Of a stretch of DNA of 57,628 nt, positions 1 to 9,400 are shown in pieces. The stretch spans positions 1 to 57,628 of the IMG/VR virus record IMGVR_UViG_3300038520_002118, one strand, 5' to 3'. Every line of letters begins with the position of its first letter. Within the stretch, counting starts at the first letter, position 1. This DNA comes from a virus. Lineage: Duplodnaviria > Caudoviricetes. The notes below the pieces were generated by a model. The model searched no databases, was not told the origin of the DNA, and saw only the letters and a program-made list of their open reading frames with translations. Position numbers and translations under genes: made by a program.

Positions 1-167
1 TTCTTGCGATTATGGCAGTGAAGGGTCGTTGATATGTGGTCTGTAATTGGAATAATAACTATCGCTATACAACCCGGCTTAATACAAATAGTAGGACGCG
101 AAGAGTTTGAGAACCCACAAGATTGTTTTGAAAAAGCAATGGTGTTCATGCAAGACAAAGATGACCC
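1..167. repeat. Terminal overlap, copy 1 (circular/permuted genome)
   Basis: 1-167 matches 57462-57628 except at 67, 69 and 117 (A here, G in the end copy). Confidence 0.95.
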
Positions 168-219
168 CCGAGGCATGGCGTGTGTCCCAATACCACCTGA
201 ATGGAAGACAGGCGTATGA
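34..219 (+). CDS. Small exported/membrane protein with two cysteines
   Basis: Hydrophobic N-terminus, C..CVPI; ATGA-coupled to next gene; resembles ORF 15771-15974. Confidence 0.7.
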   Translation: MWSVIGIITIAIQPGLIQIVGREEFENPQDCFEKAMVFMQDKDDPRGMACVPIPPEWKTGV

Positions 220-542
220 CAGAACTAGAAAAGTACGACCTTAATGGTGATGGTGTTTTAGATGCTGAAGAACGTAAGCTTATGCTCGAAGATAGGCGTA
301 GGCGTATTGAGGATGATGATAAACAGCGTGATCAAATTCGGGTTATGGTTTGGTTCGCTCTTGCGGGCATGTTGCTCTATCCGTCTGGAATTTTTATTTG
401 TGATCTTCTTGGCCTTAGTAATGCCGCTACTATTCTTGGTAATATCAGTGGCACTTATTTCATCGCAGTTTCAGCTTTGGTAGCGAGTTTTTTCGGCGCG
501 AGCGCTTGGCAGGCGAAGATTAACAAGGGCGATAACCAATGA
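216..542 (+). CDS. Membrane protein with EF-hand-like loop (possible holin-associated)
   Basis: DLNGDGVLDAEE motif followed by two hydrophobic segments; ATG at 216 overlaps previous stop. Confidence 0.6.
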   Translation: MTELEKYDLNGDGVLDAEERKLMLEDRRRRIEDDDKQRDQIRVMVWFALAGMLLYPSGIFICDLLGLSNAATILGNISGTYFIAVSALVASFFGASAWQAKINKGDNQ

Positions 543-904
543 TACAGATGCTGATAGGGCCTGCAATTGAGCTGGCAAAAGATTTTATCAAGGGTAAGGC
601 TGATGAGAAGAAAGCCATACAACAGAGAAAGATAGCCACGATACAAAACGATGCCGATTGGGAAAGTAAGATGGCTGGCGCTACAACCACGTCATGGAAA
701 GACGAGTGGTTCACGTTAGTTTTATCGGCGCCAATTATTGCGATAATGTGGGCTGTTGCTACAGATGATCCTGATATTATCGAGCGGGTACATAAAGGGT
801 TCGAGACACTACAGGCACTGCCTGATTTCTACCAAACGTTGCTTTTTATTGCGGTCACTGCTAGTTTCGGGCTGAAGTTCGGGTCTTCCATCTTCAAAAA
901 ATAA
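539..904 (+). CDS. Putative holin (3TM holin-like)
   Basis: SWKDEW motif followed by two TM segments, basic C-terminus, near endolysin. Confidence 0.6.
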   Translation: MIQMLIGPAIELAKDFIKGKADEKKAIQQRKIATIQNDADWESKMAGATTTSWKDEWFTLVLSAPIIAIMWAVATDDPDIIERVHKGFETLQALPDFYQTLLFIAVTASFGLKFGSSIFKK

Positions 905-921
905 AGTGCATGTGCACTTTT
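902..921. repeat. Dispersed palindrome site 1 (core GTGCATGTGCAC)
   Basis: TAAAGTGCATGTGCACTTTT between stop codon and next RBS. Confidence 0.9.
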
Positions 922-931
922 TGGAGGGACA

Positions 932-1156
932 GTGATTAAGCGAATCCATGTCAATCAGCACAACATCAGGCACAACAAGAAGAATCCTGATGATCCAGTT
1001 CCGGTTCTCACCGTCAAAACATCTAAAGAAAATATTAAGTGCAACAGGGTCAAGGTAGATGGGCCCTGTGAAGTTGTATATTCGCCAGACAAGCCACTTT
1101 CATGCGGCGCCAAGGTCTGGGTTGAAACTAATTCGGACATAACTGTGGTGGAGTAA
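932..1156 (+). CDS. Hypothetical phage protein
   Basis: GGAGG RBS, GTG start; IHVNQH...KPLSCGAKVW. Confidence 0.75.
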   Translation: MIKRIHVNQHNIRHNKKNPDDPVPVLTVKTSKENIKCNRVKVDGPCEVVYSPDKPLSCGAKVWVETNSDITVVE

Positions 1157-1186
1157 ACACAGCCGCGCAGTAAAAGGAGTATTTGC

Positions 1187-2191
1187 GTGAAGGGTGATAG
1201 GAGCGAACTTCTTAGGGAGACCGCTGAATTATACAAAAAGCACAACGGTAAGGTTTTAGAAGCCGCTAGGGAGATCGGCATACCAAGGACAACTCTTGCA
1301 AGCAGGATCGAAACTGCTAAAACAGAGGGTTATATACAACAGGAGATTAAGGTCGTAGATACTCCAGAGGAGGAGTACAAGACAGTTTATCTCAAGCATA
1401 GATACGTCATACATCAAAGGCCTAAGGGCGACAACGTGAATTGTCGTGTACTGGCTATTGGCGATTCTCATGATGGACCGGAGATACCAGATAAATCAAG
1501 GTTCTACGCGATGGGAAAGTATGCGCGAGAGAATCAAGTTGATCACATAATCCAGATTGGTGACTTTACGTCAATGGATAGTATGAGTACTCACGACCCA
1601 AACTGGACCATCAAAGGTCACGACAAGCCTAGCTTCAAAGACGATCTGGCTAGCTTCTCCGAAGCTCTCCTCAGCTTCGATGACGGCCTCGGGGGGTACG
1701 AAGTACCGAAGCATGTCACCCTCGGGAATCATGAAGATCGCATCGCTCGATTCGTCAATAATAATCCCGAACTCGCTCAACTCCTCTTTGAGGAAGTCTA
1801 TGGATTGTTCGACAAATTTGGATGGAGCTATAGTCCATTCGGGGAATTCTTCTTCATTGGTGACGTAGGTTTTACTCATGTGCCCCTCAACCAGATGGGT
1901 AAGCCCTATGGCGGTATGAACTCAGAAAACTCGATAGCAAGAGACAGCCTGCATGATGTTGTGTTTGGTCACTCCCACAAACGAGTTGATCGAACATTCC
2001 CCAAGCTAGGACATAATTATATCACTGTTATAAATCTTGGTTGTTCAATGCCGGATGGACATGTTGAAGACTATGCCAAACACTCTGTTACTGGATGGAG
2101 CTATGGCGTGTACGATATCACCATTGAAAATGGTAGAATTAAAGAGCAGTCATGGATTCCGATGACTAAGTTGATGAGAGAATATTGTTGA
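1187..2191 (+). CDS. Calcineurin-like metallophosphoesterase with N-terminal HTH
   Basis: GDSH, IGD, GNHE, H, GHSH motifs; N-terminal AAREIGIPRTTL HTH. Confidence 0.85.
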   Translation: MKGDRSELLRETAELYKKHNGKVLEAAREIGIPRTTLASRIETAKTEGYIQQEIKVVDTPEEEYKTVYLKHRYVIHQRPKGDNVNCRVLAIGDSHDGPEIPDKSRFYAMGKYARENQVDHIIQIGDFTSMDSMSTHDPNWTIKGHDKPSFKDDLASFSEALLSFDDGLGGYEVPKHVTLGNHEDRIARFVNNNPELAQLLFEEVYGLFDKFGWSYSPFGEFFFIGDVGFTHVPLNQMGKPYGGMNSENSIARDSLHDVVFGHSHKRVDRTFPKLGHNYITVINLGCSMPDGHVEDYAKHSVTGWSYGVYDITIENGRIKEQSWIPMTKLMREYC

Positions 2192-2631
2192 TGAGAGAAC
2201 TCAATAAAATAATAATTCATTGCTCAGCTACGCCAGAAGGTAGAGATGTTAAAGCGGATGAAATCAAGCAGTGGCATAAAGACAGGGGTTGGTCAGACAT
2301 TGGCTACCATTTTGTTATCGAACTCGATGGGACCATTCGTGACGGACGCCCAGTTGAACGCTCTGGTGCACACGCTAAGGGTCACAACAAAGACTCGATT
2401 GGAATCTGCTATGTGGGCGGCGTTGATGAGAACGGGAAAGCTAAAGACACGCGGACCGATGAACAAATATCCAACCTCTTAGATCTTGTTTTGGATTTGC
2501 GCCAAACCTATGGCGAGCTATCAGTCCACGGCCATAACGAGTTTTCCAGTAAAGAATGCCCTAGTTTCGATGTGCAATTAGAGTTTGCTAATATCGAGGC
2601 TCTACTAGACGAAAGAAGTAGGAGTATCTGA
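2191..2631 (+). CDS. Endolysin, N-acetylmuramoyl-L-alanine amidase (T7 lysozyme-like)
   Basis: IIIHCSAT, DIGYHFVI, GAH, SIGIC, GHNE..KECP zinc-amidase motifs. Confidence 0.92.
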   Translation: MRELNKIIIHCSATPEGRDVKADEIKQWHKDRGWSDIGYHFVIELDGTIRDGRPVERSGAHAKGHNKDSIGICYVGGVDENGKAKDTRTDEQISNLLDLVLDLRQTYGELSVHGHNEFSSKECPSFDVQLEFANIEALLDERSRSI

Positions 2632-3524
2632 TGCTACCTTTGCTAGGTGCTTTAGGCGGTAGTTATTTAGGAACAGCCGGTGCTCTCGGAGGCCTTGGCG
2701 CTCTAGGCGGTGCCGCACTTGGATCTGGTCTTGGTGGCTTTCTACAGACAGGTAGTCTCCAGCAAGGTTTAGCGACAGGCATTGGTTCTTATTTTACAGG
2801 CGGTATATACGGTAGTATGGCAGGCAGTGCTTTTCCTAATGCGTCTTTTGCCGGTATGAACGCAGGTCAGTTGGGTCAGGCTCTCGGTGCAGGATTAGGC
2901 GGTATGGCAATGATCCCGCAGGAGATAGAAAGAAGAGCTTCCAGAGACTTAAAGGGCCGTAGCTACGCCAATCAGTTGAATCCACTATCACTCCGCTTAC
3001 TTAAAAAACGACAGGAAGACGAGGAAGAACAGCTCCCGTTCCCAAACATTAAGGGATTTAGGGAAGGAGGTTTGAATAGTTTGACAATGCCGCAACAGTT
3101 GAATGACAAGCAACTGATACAAATGGTGCGCTCTGCTGTTGAGGGGTCTATCGATAGAGAAACATCTCTCAGGGTATTGGGTGAGTTCGTCAATAGGTTT
3201 GGTAAGGAGAAGCTTGCAAGATTACTCAAGGACATAGCACAGAAGCGTAGGTCAAAAACGAAGCGACCCTCTGAGGGCATGATTGATGGTTTCGGTGATG
3301 GCATGGATGATTTCGTCCCAGCCTCTAATGAATCTAATGAAGATATACTGCTATCGAACGAAGAATATATACTTCCTGCCGACTTTGTTTCCGCAGTTGG
3401 TAACGGTTCTTCAGAAGAGGGCGGTGAAGTTCTCGATGAAATGGTCGCTAATGTAAGGATTGCCAAGAATGGCAAACCAGAGCAACCCCCAAGGATTGAT
3501 CCGAGTGAGTATCTCATTGGATGA
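2631..3524 (+). CDS. Putative internal virion protein
   Basis: Gly/Ala-rich N-terminus; C-terminal GDGMDD..LLSNEEYILPADFVS..GNGS; position in virion cluster. Confidence 0.55.
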   Translation: MLPLLGALGGSYLGTAGALGGLGALGGAALGSGLGGFLQTGSLQQGLATGIGSYFTGGIYGSMAGSAFPNASFAGMNAGQLGQALGAGLGGMAMIPQEIERRASRDLKGRSYANQLNPLSLRLLKKRQEDEEEQLPFPNIKGFREGGLNSLTMPQQLNDKQLIQMVRSAVEGSIDRETSLRVLGEFVNRFGKEKLARLLKDIAQKRRSKTKRPSEGMIDGFGDGMDDFVPASNESNEDILLSNEEYILPADFVSAVGNGSSEEGGEVLDEMVANVRIAKNGKPEQPPRIDPSEYLIG

Positions 3525-3940
3525 TATTTACCCTAATACCTGACGATCATGCGTTGATTGTCTGGCCGCAAGTTGCGGATAAGCTGGAGAAAGCAACCAA
3601 AACAACCGATGGACGATTTGATAAAATGTCTATATTGGATGAGTTGCTCGAAAGGAGAATCCAATTGTGGGTTGTATACGAAGAGACAGCCCCTGTAGCG
3701 GCAATAACTACACGCATATTACAGTACAGCCAGTACAAAGCATTATCGATTGACTGGGTTGGCGGTAGCCAGATGAAAGAATGGCTTGATGAGGTGCTGA
3801 AAACTCTCAGGTCATACGCAAAGGATCAGGGATGCAAGAAGCTGGAAGGCCGAGGCAGAACTGGATGGAAAAAGATTCTCCTGAAGAACGGATGGAATCT
3901 TGATTATGTTGCATACGAGGTTGATATAAGCAATGAGTAA
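3521..3940 (+). CDS. GNAT-fold acetyltransferase-like protein
   Basis: LWVV..AAITT..YAKDQGC..GRTGW pattern; precedes internal virion gene. Confidence 0.6.
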   Translation: MIFTLIPDDHALIVWPQVADKLEKATKTTDGRFDKMSILDELLERRIQLWVVYEETAPVAAITTRILQYSQYKALSIDWVGGSQMKEWLDEVLKTLRSYAKDQGCKKLEGRGRTGWKKILLKNGWNLDYVAYEVDISNE

Positions 3941-4847
3941 AGGAAGTAGCGGAACTACCACAGTAGTTCAGGACACTTTGCCAGAGTATGCACAGCAGTA
4001 CATCCAGAATATTTTAGCTACTGCGGCAGGTGGTGAGGACGGGCAATCCGGTCTTTACACCAGCCCATACATCCAATACACCGGCCCACGCATGGCCGAG
4101 GAATCTCCTCTCAGAGACAAGGTAAACCTAGGTATCGAACAGCTTGCTGAGGTGGGCGCCCCATACTTTGGCGAAGCTATGGATTTACAGCGCGGAATCA
4201 TCCGTAATCTGGAGACACCATCTGAGTTTACTGCTGAGACAGCAAAGAAATACATGAATCCGTTTTTGGAGTCCACGCTTGAGGCACAAAAGCAGGAAGC
4301 GATAGCAGATTATCAACAGAGAATACCAGAGCTTGCAAAGAGTGCAGTGGCCGCAGGAGCGTTTGGTGGTAGCCGTGCACAGTTATTAGAAAATCAAGCG
4401 AAAGAAAACCTGCTTGACAGGCTTGCAAGCATAGAGTCTGAAGGACGAGCAACAGCTTACCAGCAGGCACAAGACCTGTTTGATGTAGACAGACGCTTTG
4501 CGCGGGACAGCCTGCTTGCAAAAGAAGCAGGAATTGCGGGTCTTGTAGGACTTGGTGAGCGCGGCCAGACATCATTGTTGGAGCGTCTGAGACAGCTCGA
4601 AGGGGTCGGCAAGGCAGATGAGGCTCGCAGACAGGCCGAGCTTGACCTAGCTTACGATGAGTTCACCCGCGAAAGAGATTACCCAATGGAGCAATTGGAG
4701 CGGTTTGCCGCGCTGGTCAGGGGTATGCCTACACCAACAAGCCGTATCACTGAAAAACTTACGCAAAGTAACCCACTTGTTGATGCGCTTGGTCTGGGTA
4801 TAACCGGTCTTCAGCTTAGAAACCTAGGGGCGTTTGGTCCAGTATGA
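3933..4847 (+). CDS. Putative internal virion/DNA ejection protein
   Basis: YMNPF and AGAFGGSR motifs, helical Q/A-rich. Confidence 0.6.
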   Translation: MSKGSSGTTTVVQDTLPEYAQQYIQNILATAAGGEDGQSGLYTSPYIQYTGPRMAEESPLRDKVNLGIEQLAEVGAPYFGEAMDLQRGIIRNLETPSEFTAETAKKYMNPFLESTLEAQKQEAIADYQQRIPELAKSAVAAGAFGGSRAQLLENQAKENLLDRLASIESEGRATAYQQAQDLFDVDRRFARDSLLAKEAGIAGLVGLGERGQTSLLERLRQLEGVGKADEARRQAELDLAYDEFTRERDYPMEQLERFAALVRGMPTPTSRITEKLTQSNPLVDALGLGITGLQLRNLGAFGPV

Positions 4848-6457
4848 ACATATTAGAAGTACAAGAAGCCCTGAAGAATATGAGTGAGCAACAGTTGGTG
4901 CGGGAGGTACAGCGTCCAAGCGGTAACGCACCTGTATTCCTAGTGGCCACTGAGCTTGACCGTAGACAGAAGATGAAGGCTCGATACAACAAGCAACGAC
5001 CACCCCAGTCCACTGTAGTGGAAGACCTTCTTGGCGGTATCGGTGCCATGATGCCAATGCAAAAAAGTGCATATGCACCTAATTCTGGCGGGGTAATGAA
5101 GTTACGCGGTGGCGGTATGCCGAGACGCGGTGGCGGTATGCCGAGCTTCAAGAGCTTCATGCTTAAGCAGGCTAAGGAGATGGGTGTCGATATCCCGATG
5201 CGTAAAAGATTCCCAGACTATTCCCCCGGTGCATTTGATGATTTGTTTGGGGATGCAGACCGTGTCAGAGAAGGTTTGAGTCCTTATCAATTAGAGGTAT
5301 ATGAGGAAACTGGCCTCACACCAGCGATGGCTAGCAAGATGTTGAGTGACTTCATCCCAAGCGTAAGAGCGCAGGATAGGTCTGGAATGCCTCAGAAGAC
5401 CCGTGAAGAGATTGAAGAAGCAACCAATAACATGGTTGAAATGTTGCGTGGGGTCATTGCAGGACGACCTGTTAGAAAGATGGCCGTTGGTGGGCTTGCT
5501 GGATTAGGAAGAGCTATTCCTAAGGGCTTCCTCGGTCGGCAAACAGAGCGCTTGTCGGACTTATCCCCGATTCCTAAAGGGCAAGGTATTGTCCCATATG
5601 TCGCAGGCACATCCAGAATTACTAAAAGCGGTGGATACGCTCCTCAAATGGGTTTCTTTGGACCTAAAAATTCATCGCTTGGGGTCAAGGCTCTGCGGTC
5701 GGCAACACTATCAAGCCCATTTGGATTGGGCGCTTTCTTTGCGTCACCGACAGACATGGGAGACGGCACTCTAGCGGGAGCTTATGGTTTAACACAAGAT
5801 GAGTTCGAACAAGTTTTGCAATACATGATGCAGAATGGTTTGGACTTCCCAACTAACTCTCCAGAATTTGCGGACCTTGCGGCTCAGTTGACTGGTAAGA
5901 ATGTCCCGAGACTTCCAAGCCTCGGCGTTCCTGCTGAACAAAGGAGTCAGGAGGCGGCGAGGGTTCAGGCTCAACAACAGGAAGATGAAATCAAGAGGAA
6001 GCAGGCAGAAACAAAGGGCCTGTTCGATCAGATTGCTGAGATGGATGAGCGCAGACGTAAGCAAGCTCTGCAACTAGGTATCGCCAGAGCAGGTCTCGCC
6101 GCAGTGGGTCAGCCTAATTTGATACAAGCCTTGAAGGCAGGCGGGAAGGAAGTGCTCGATACAGTGCAGGAGTCTTCCAAGCCATCAAGTTTGCAGTCAT
6201 TCATCATCAAAGAACGAATCAAGAAGATGATTGCTGGCGGTGACAAAAACCTACAGAATATACTCAAGTTTAGACAAGAGCTAGGTAAGTTGTTTGGGGA
6301 TACGATGGAAGGAACTCCAGAACGACAGCAGTTAGCGGATCAAATCAAGCAATTAGATTTGATGATTGCACAAATGCTTGGCCTTGGGACAGGGGGAGCT
6401 CCGTCTGGGATATCATCGGCAGATATAGCCGCTGAACTTGCCAAGCGTTCAAGGTAG
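4844..6457 (+). CDS. Putative internal virion protein
   Basis: 537-aa ORF coupled to neighbours; xxGG motifs; no catalytic motif recognised. Confidence 0.55.
   Translation: MNILEVQEALKNMSEQQLVREVQRPSGNAPVFLVATELDRRQKMKARYNKQRPPQSTVVEDLLGGIGAMMPMQKSAYAPNSGGVMKLRGGGMPRRGGGMPSFKSFMLKQAKEMGVDIPMRKRFPDYSPGAFDDLFGDADRVREGLSPYQLEVYEETGLTPAMASKMLSDFIPSVRAQDRSGMPQKTREEIEEATNNMVEMLRGVIAGRPVRKMAVGGLAGLGRAIPKGFLGRQTERLSDLSPIPKGQGIVPYVAGTSRITKSGGYAPQMGFFGPKNSSLGVKALRSATLSSPFGLGAFFASPTDMGDGTLAGAYGLTQDEFEQVLQYMMQNGLDFPTNSPEFADLAAQLTGKNVPRLPSLGVPAEQRSQEAARVQAQQQEDEIKRKQAETKGLFDQIAEMDERRRKQALQLGIARAGLAAVGQPNLIQALKAGGKEVLDTVQESSKPSSLQSFIIKERIKKMIAGGDKNLQNILKFRQELGKLFGDTMEGTPERQQLADQIKQLDLMIAQMLGLGTGGAPSGISSADIAAELAKRSR
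5063..5082. repeat. Dispersed palindrome site 2, intragenic (core GTGCATATGCAC)
   Basis: AAAAAAGTGCATATGCACCT encoding QKSAYAP. Confidence 0.75.
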
Positions 6458-6469
6458 TCGGAGGGCCGC

Positions 6470-9400
6470 ATGGCTTTTGATTTAAGTAGACTACGGACGG
6501 ATCAACTTCTCAAGCTTCAAGGTGTAGGCGGAGACCTCACCCAGCTAAGTACCGAAGAGCTAGAAGAACTCCTCGAATCTCAGGAAGAGATGAGTGATCT
6601 TGGCGCTGGCTTCCAGAGAGCAGGCGGCTCTTTCAGACAGGGCATTGCTGGGCTACTACGTGACATAGCTCCAGAGTACTCAGAAGAATTGTTCGAGTCA
6701 GGCGCTAGAGCTATTGAAGAAACACAGCGCCAGCGTACCCCAGACATTCCATCATTCAAAGACATCGAAGACCCTCTCGATCTTATCGAGTACACGGGTG
6801 AGCAACTAGCCACATCCCTACCTCAGCTCATCGCACAGCTCGGAACTGGTGCAGTCGCAACCAGATTGGGCGGTCCTAGGGTGGGCACCGCCGCCGCAAT
6901 CGGAGCCGGAACTCCATTTTTTACCGGCATGAATATTGAGCGCCAGATTCAAGAGCAAGGTATCGACTTCAAAGAAGCAGATGTCGCTAAGGCGTTTGGC
7001 GTATCCGTTGGTCAGTCTTCTCTTGATGCGCTGATCGGTCGTTACATAGGTGTGTTTGGTCCTGCCAAAGCGGGTGGCGAGATAGTCAAGGCCACAAAGG
7101 CAGGGCTTGGTAAAAAGGTTGCCAAGGGTGCCGCTCTTGGTGTTGCTGTAGAGGCGCCCACAGAAGCCGCTCAGCAAGCGCTTGAGATAATACAAGCAGA
7201 AAGCACCTTGAAGAATGGTCTTGACCGTTTAACGTCCATGCCTCCTGAGGTACAGGACGAGCTATTAGAAGCCTTGGTTGCAGGTGGGCTTGTCGGTGGA
7301 ACCATCGGTGGTGCCGCAGGGCCGTTGCGTCCAGATCCCCCTGACATTGCCAAACGTAGGGATCTCGAAGCACACCTCGCGGAGCTTCGTGATCAAGTCG
7401 CAGAAGATTCCCGAAATCTGGAGTTGTTCCGCGCTGAGGCCATAGAAAGGGGATTAATAATCCCCCCGGCGAGACGGCTCCCTCTTTTTGATGACTCTGA
7501 TATTGTTGTCGCGGCGCAGGAAAAACAAGCCGAGGCGATCAGGGAGCAGGAAGAAGCCGCTGTCGAGCAAGAACAAAGGCAACAAGATGCGGTCACCATC
7601 CTTGAGGCTGACAATGAACTGAAAGCACAAGAACAGCGGTTCAATGAACTGTATGAGCCATTGATAGGGAAGAAACTCGAAGAGATTGAGATTGCTGATA
7701 TTGAAAAGTTTGTTGCCAAGGACGATGCAGATCAAGCTCAGTTAGCAAGAGCCCTTGATGCTCTCCGTGCGTACAACACGCTGAAGGCTCAGCGGGCGAG
7801 AGCGGCTAAGGCAAGAGAGGCCAAGGCAAAGAAACGCCAAGCGCTCGAATTACAAAAGCAATCTGAAGAAGAGACCGTTGCGGCAAGAGAACTTGACGAG
7901 GCATCCGCTCAGCAGGCCAAGGTAAGGGAGGAGGTCCTACAAGACATTATTGGCTCAAGCCCAGATGTTGTTTCTGTTGGTAGTGAAGTTCAATTATTCC
8001 AGACAATACTGCGTAACGCAGGCATGGACCCAACTCTCACAGCGACAGAAACCCGTTTGATCGAGCGCAGGAAAGACTTCATTGATCCTCCCTTTGTCGA
8101 TACGAGGACTCCTGAGCAGACCAAGAAGGGCCAAGCAGTCGGTGTCCGCGAGAGCCTGAAGAGACTGACCTCTCTGCAATCACGTAGGCTGGCAGAAGCT
8201 AACGCAATTCAGATCAGAGCGAATGCCCAAGAGGCCATCAACCTAGGCTACACCCCCGAGTTTATGGACAGGGTCCGTAACATCGCCAAGTCCCTGAGAC
8301 AGGATCTATCAAAGATTGGGCTTGAGGACGTGGCGCTCAAGATAGGTGGTGCAGTCCAAGGTGACCCCAGTATCGAGGGCATGACTGACGTAGAGAAAGA
8401 TAGTGGCCGTGTTGCCATATCTCTAGCCGCACAGATTTACAATCCCCAAATGACTGACGAACAGCTCAAGGCGAAGCTAAAAGAAGTCATGAACCATGAG
8501 ACCATCCACGCTCTGCGTATGCTGGGTGTTCTGACAGAGCCTGAGTATCAGTCGCTGGTCAAGGTGGCTAAAGAGCAGGCGTTTGTTGATAGGTCAGGGA
8601 AGGTAAGACTGTTCTCATATTTTGAGAGAGCGCAAGAACTGTACGAAGGAACAGAGGCCCTCCAAGAAGAAGAAGCGGTAGCCGAGTTATTCCGTGACTG
8701 GGCCGCAGGCCGTAAGAAGATCGCAGGTAAGCCACTCAATCTATTCCAGAAGATCATCAAGTTCTTCAAGGGTCTTGGCAAGAGTCTTGACAGTGAACAG
8801 CTTGCTGACGCCAACCGAATCTTCCAGAGCATCGAGTCAGGAGAGATTGGTTCAAGGGTAAGGGACAGAAAAGGTGCAGATGCACTTTCTCCGATGCAGT
8901 CGAGAAGAGCGACAGCAGATTCACCTGCATTTTTCAATGCAACAAATAAGCAGATAGAACAGCTTATTGATCGATACGATTACCCATACGGCACTACAGG
9001 GTACGCTGTTCGTATGCCAATCGAGGACTTTATGTCGCTGACATACGGGGTGGGCAAGGTTAATAAGGCAGACGTCAAGCGTGTTGCCAAAGAATTCTTA
9101 GAGGATATGCCAAGTAACGACGGGTCCAGAATGTCAGATTTACAACCTGTGCAAAAAAGAGTTTTCGACACAGAATTAGACTCAGAAGCTTTTGCCGAGG
9201 CCCGCAGGCAGAGGGACCGCAGGAGGGCGCGAGGACTTGAGGTATCGGACGAGCAGTTTGCAAGATTCGACCCCGATAAAGTAGATAACCAGAACTACAT
9301 GGGTGTACCGTCTCTCAAAATAATAAAGGACATAAACATTCGGAAGATCATCGTAGATGGTCACGAGGGGAGACATCGCACTGCGTTGGCGGCAATTGAC

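Noticed and set aside
1-167. DGR template/variable repeat pair (all mismatches at A)
   Set aside because: The copies are the two contig ends of the same locus and no reverse transcriptase was recognised
902-921. Palindromes as simple intrinsic terminators
   Set aside because: Only 2 unpaired central bases, AT-rich stem, several copies inside CDS, and one directly after a canonical terminator
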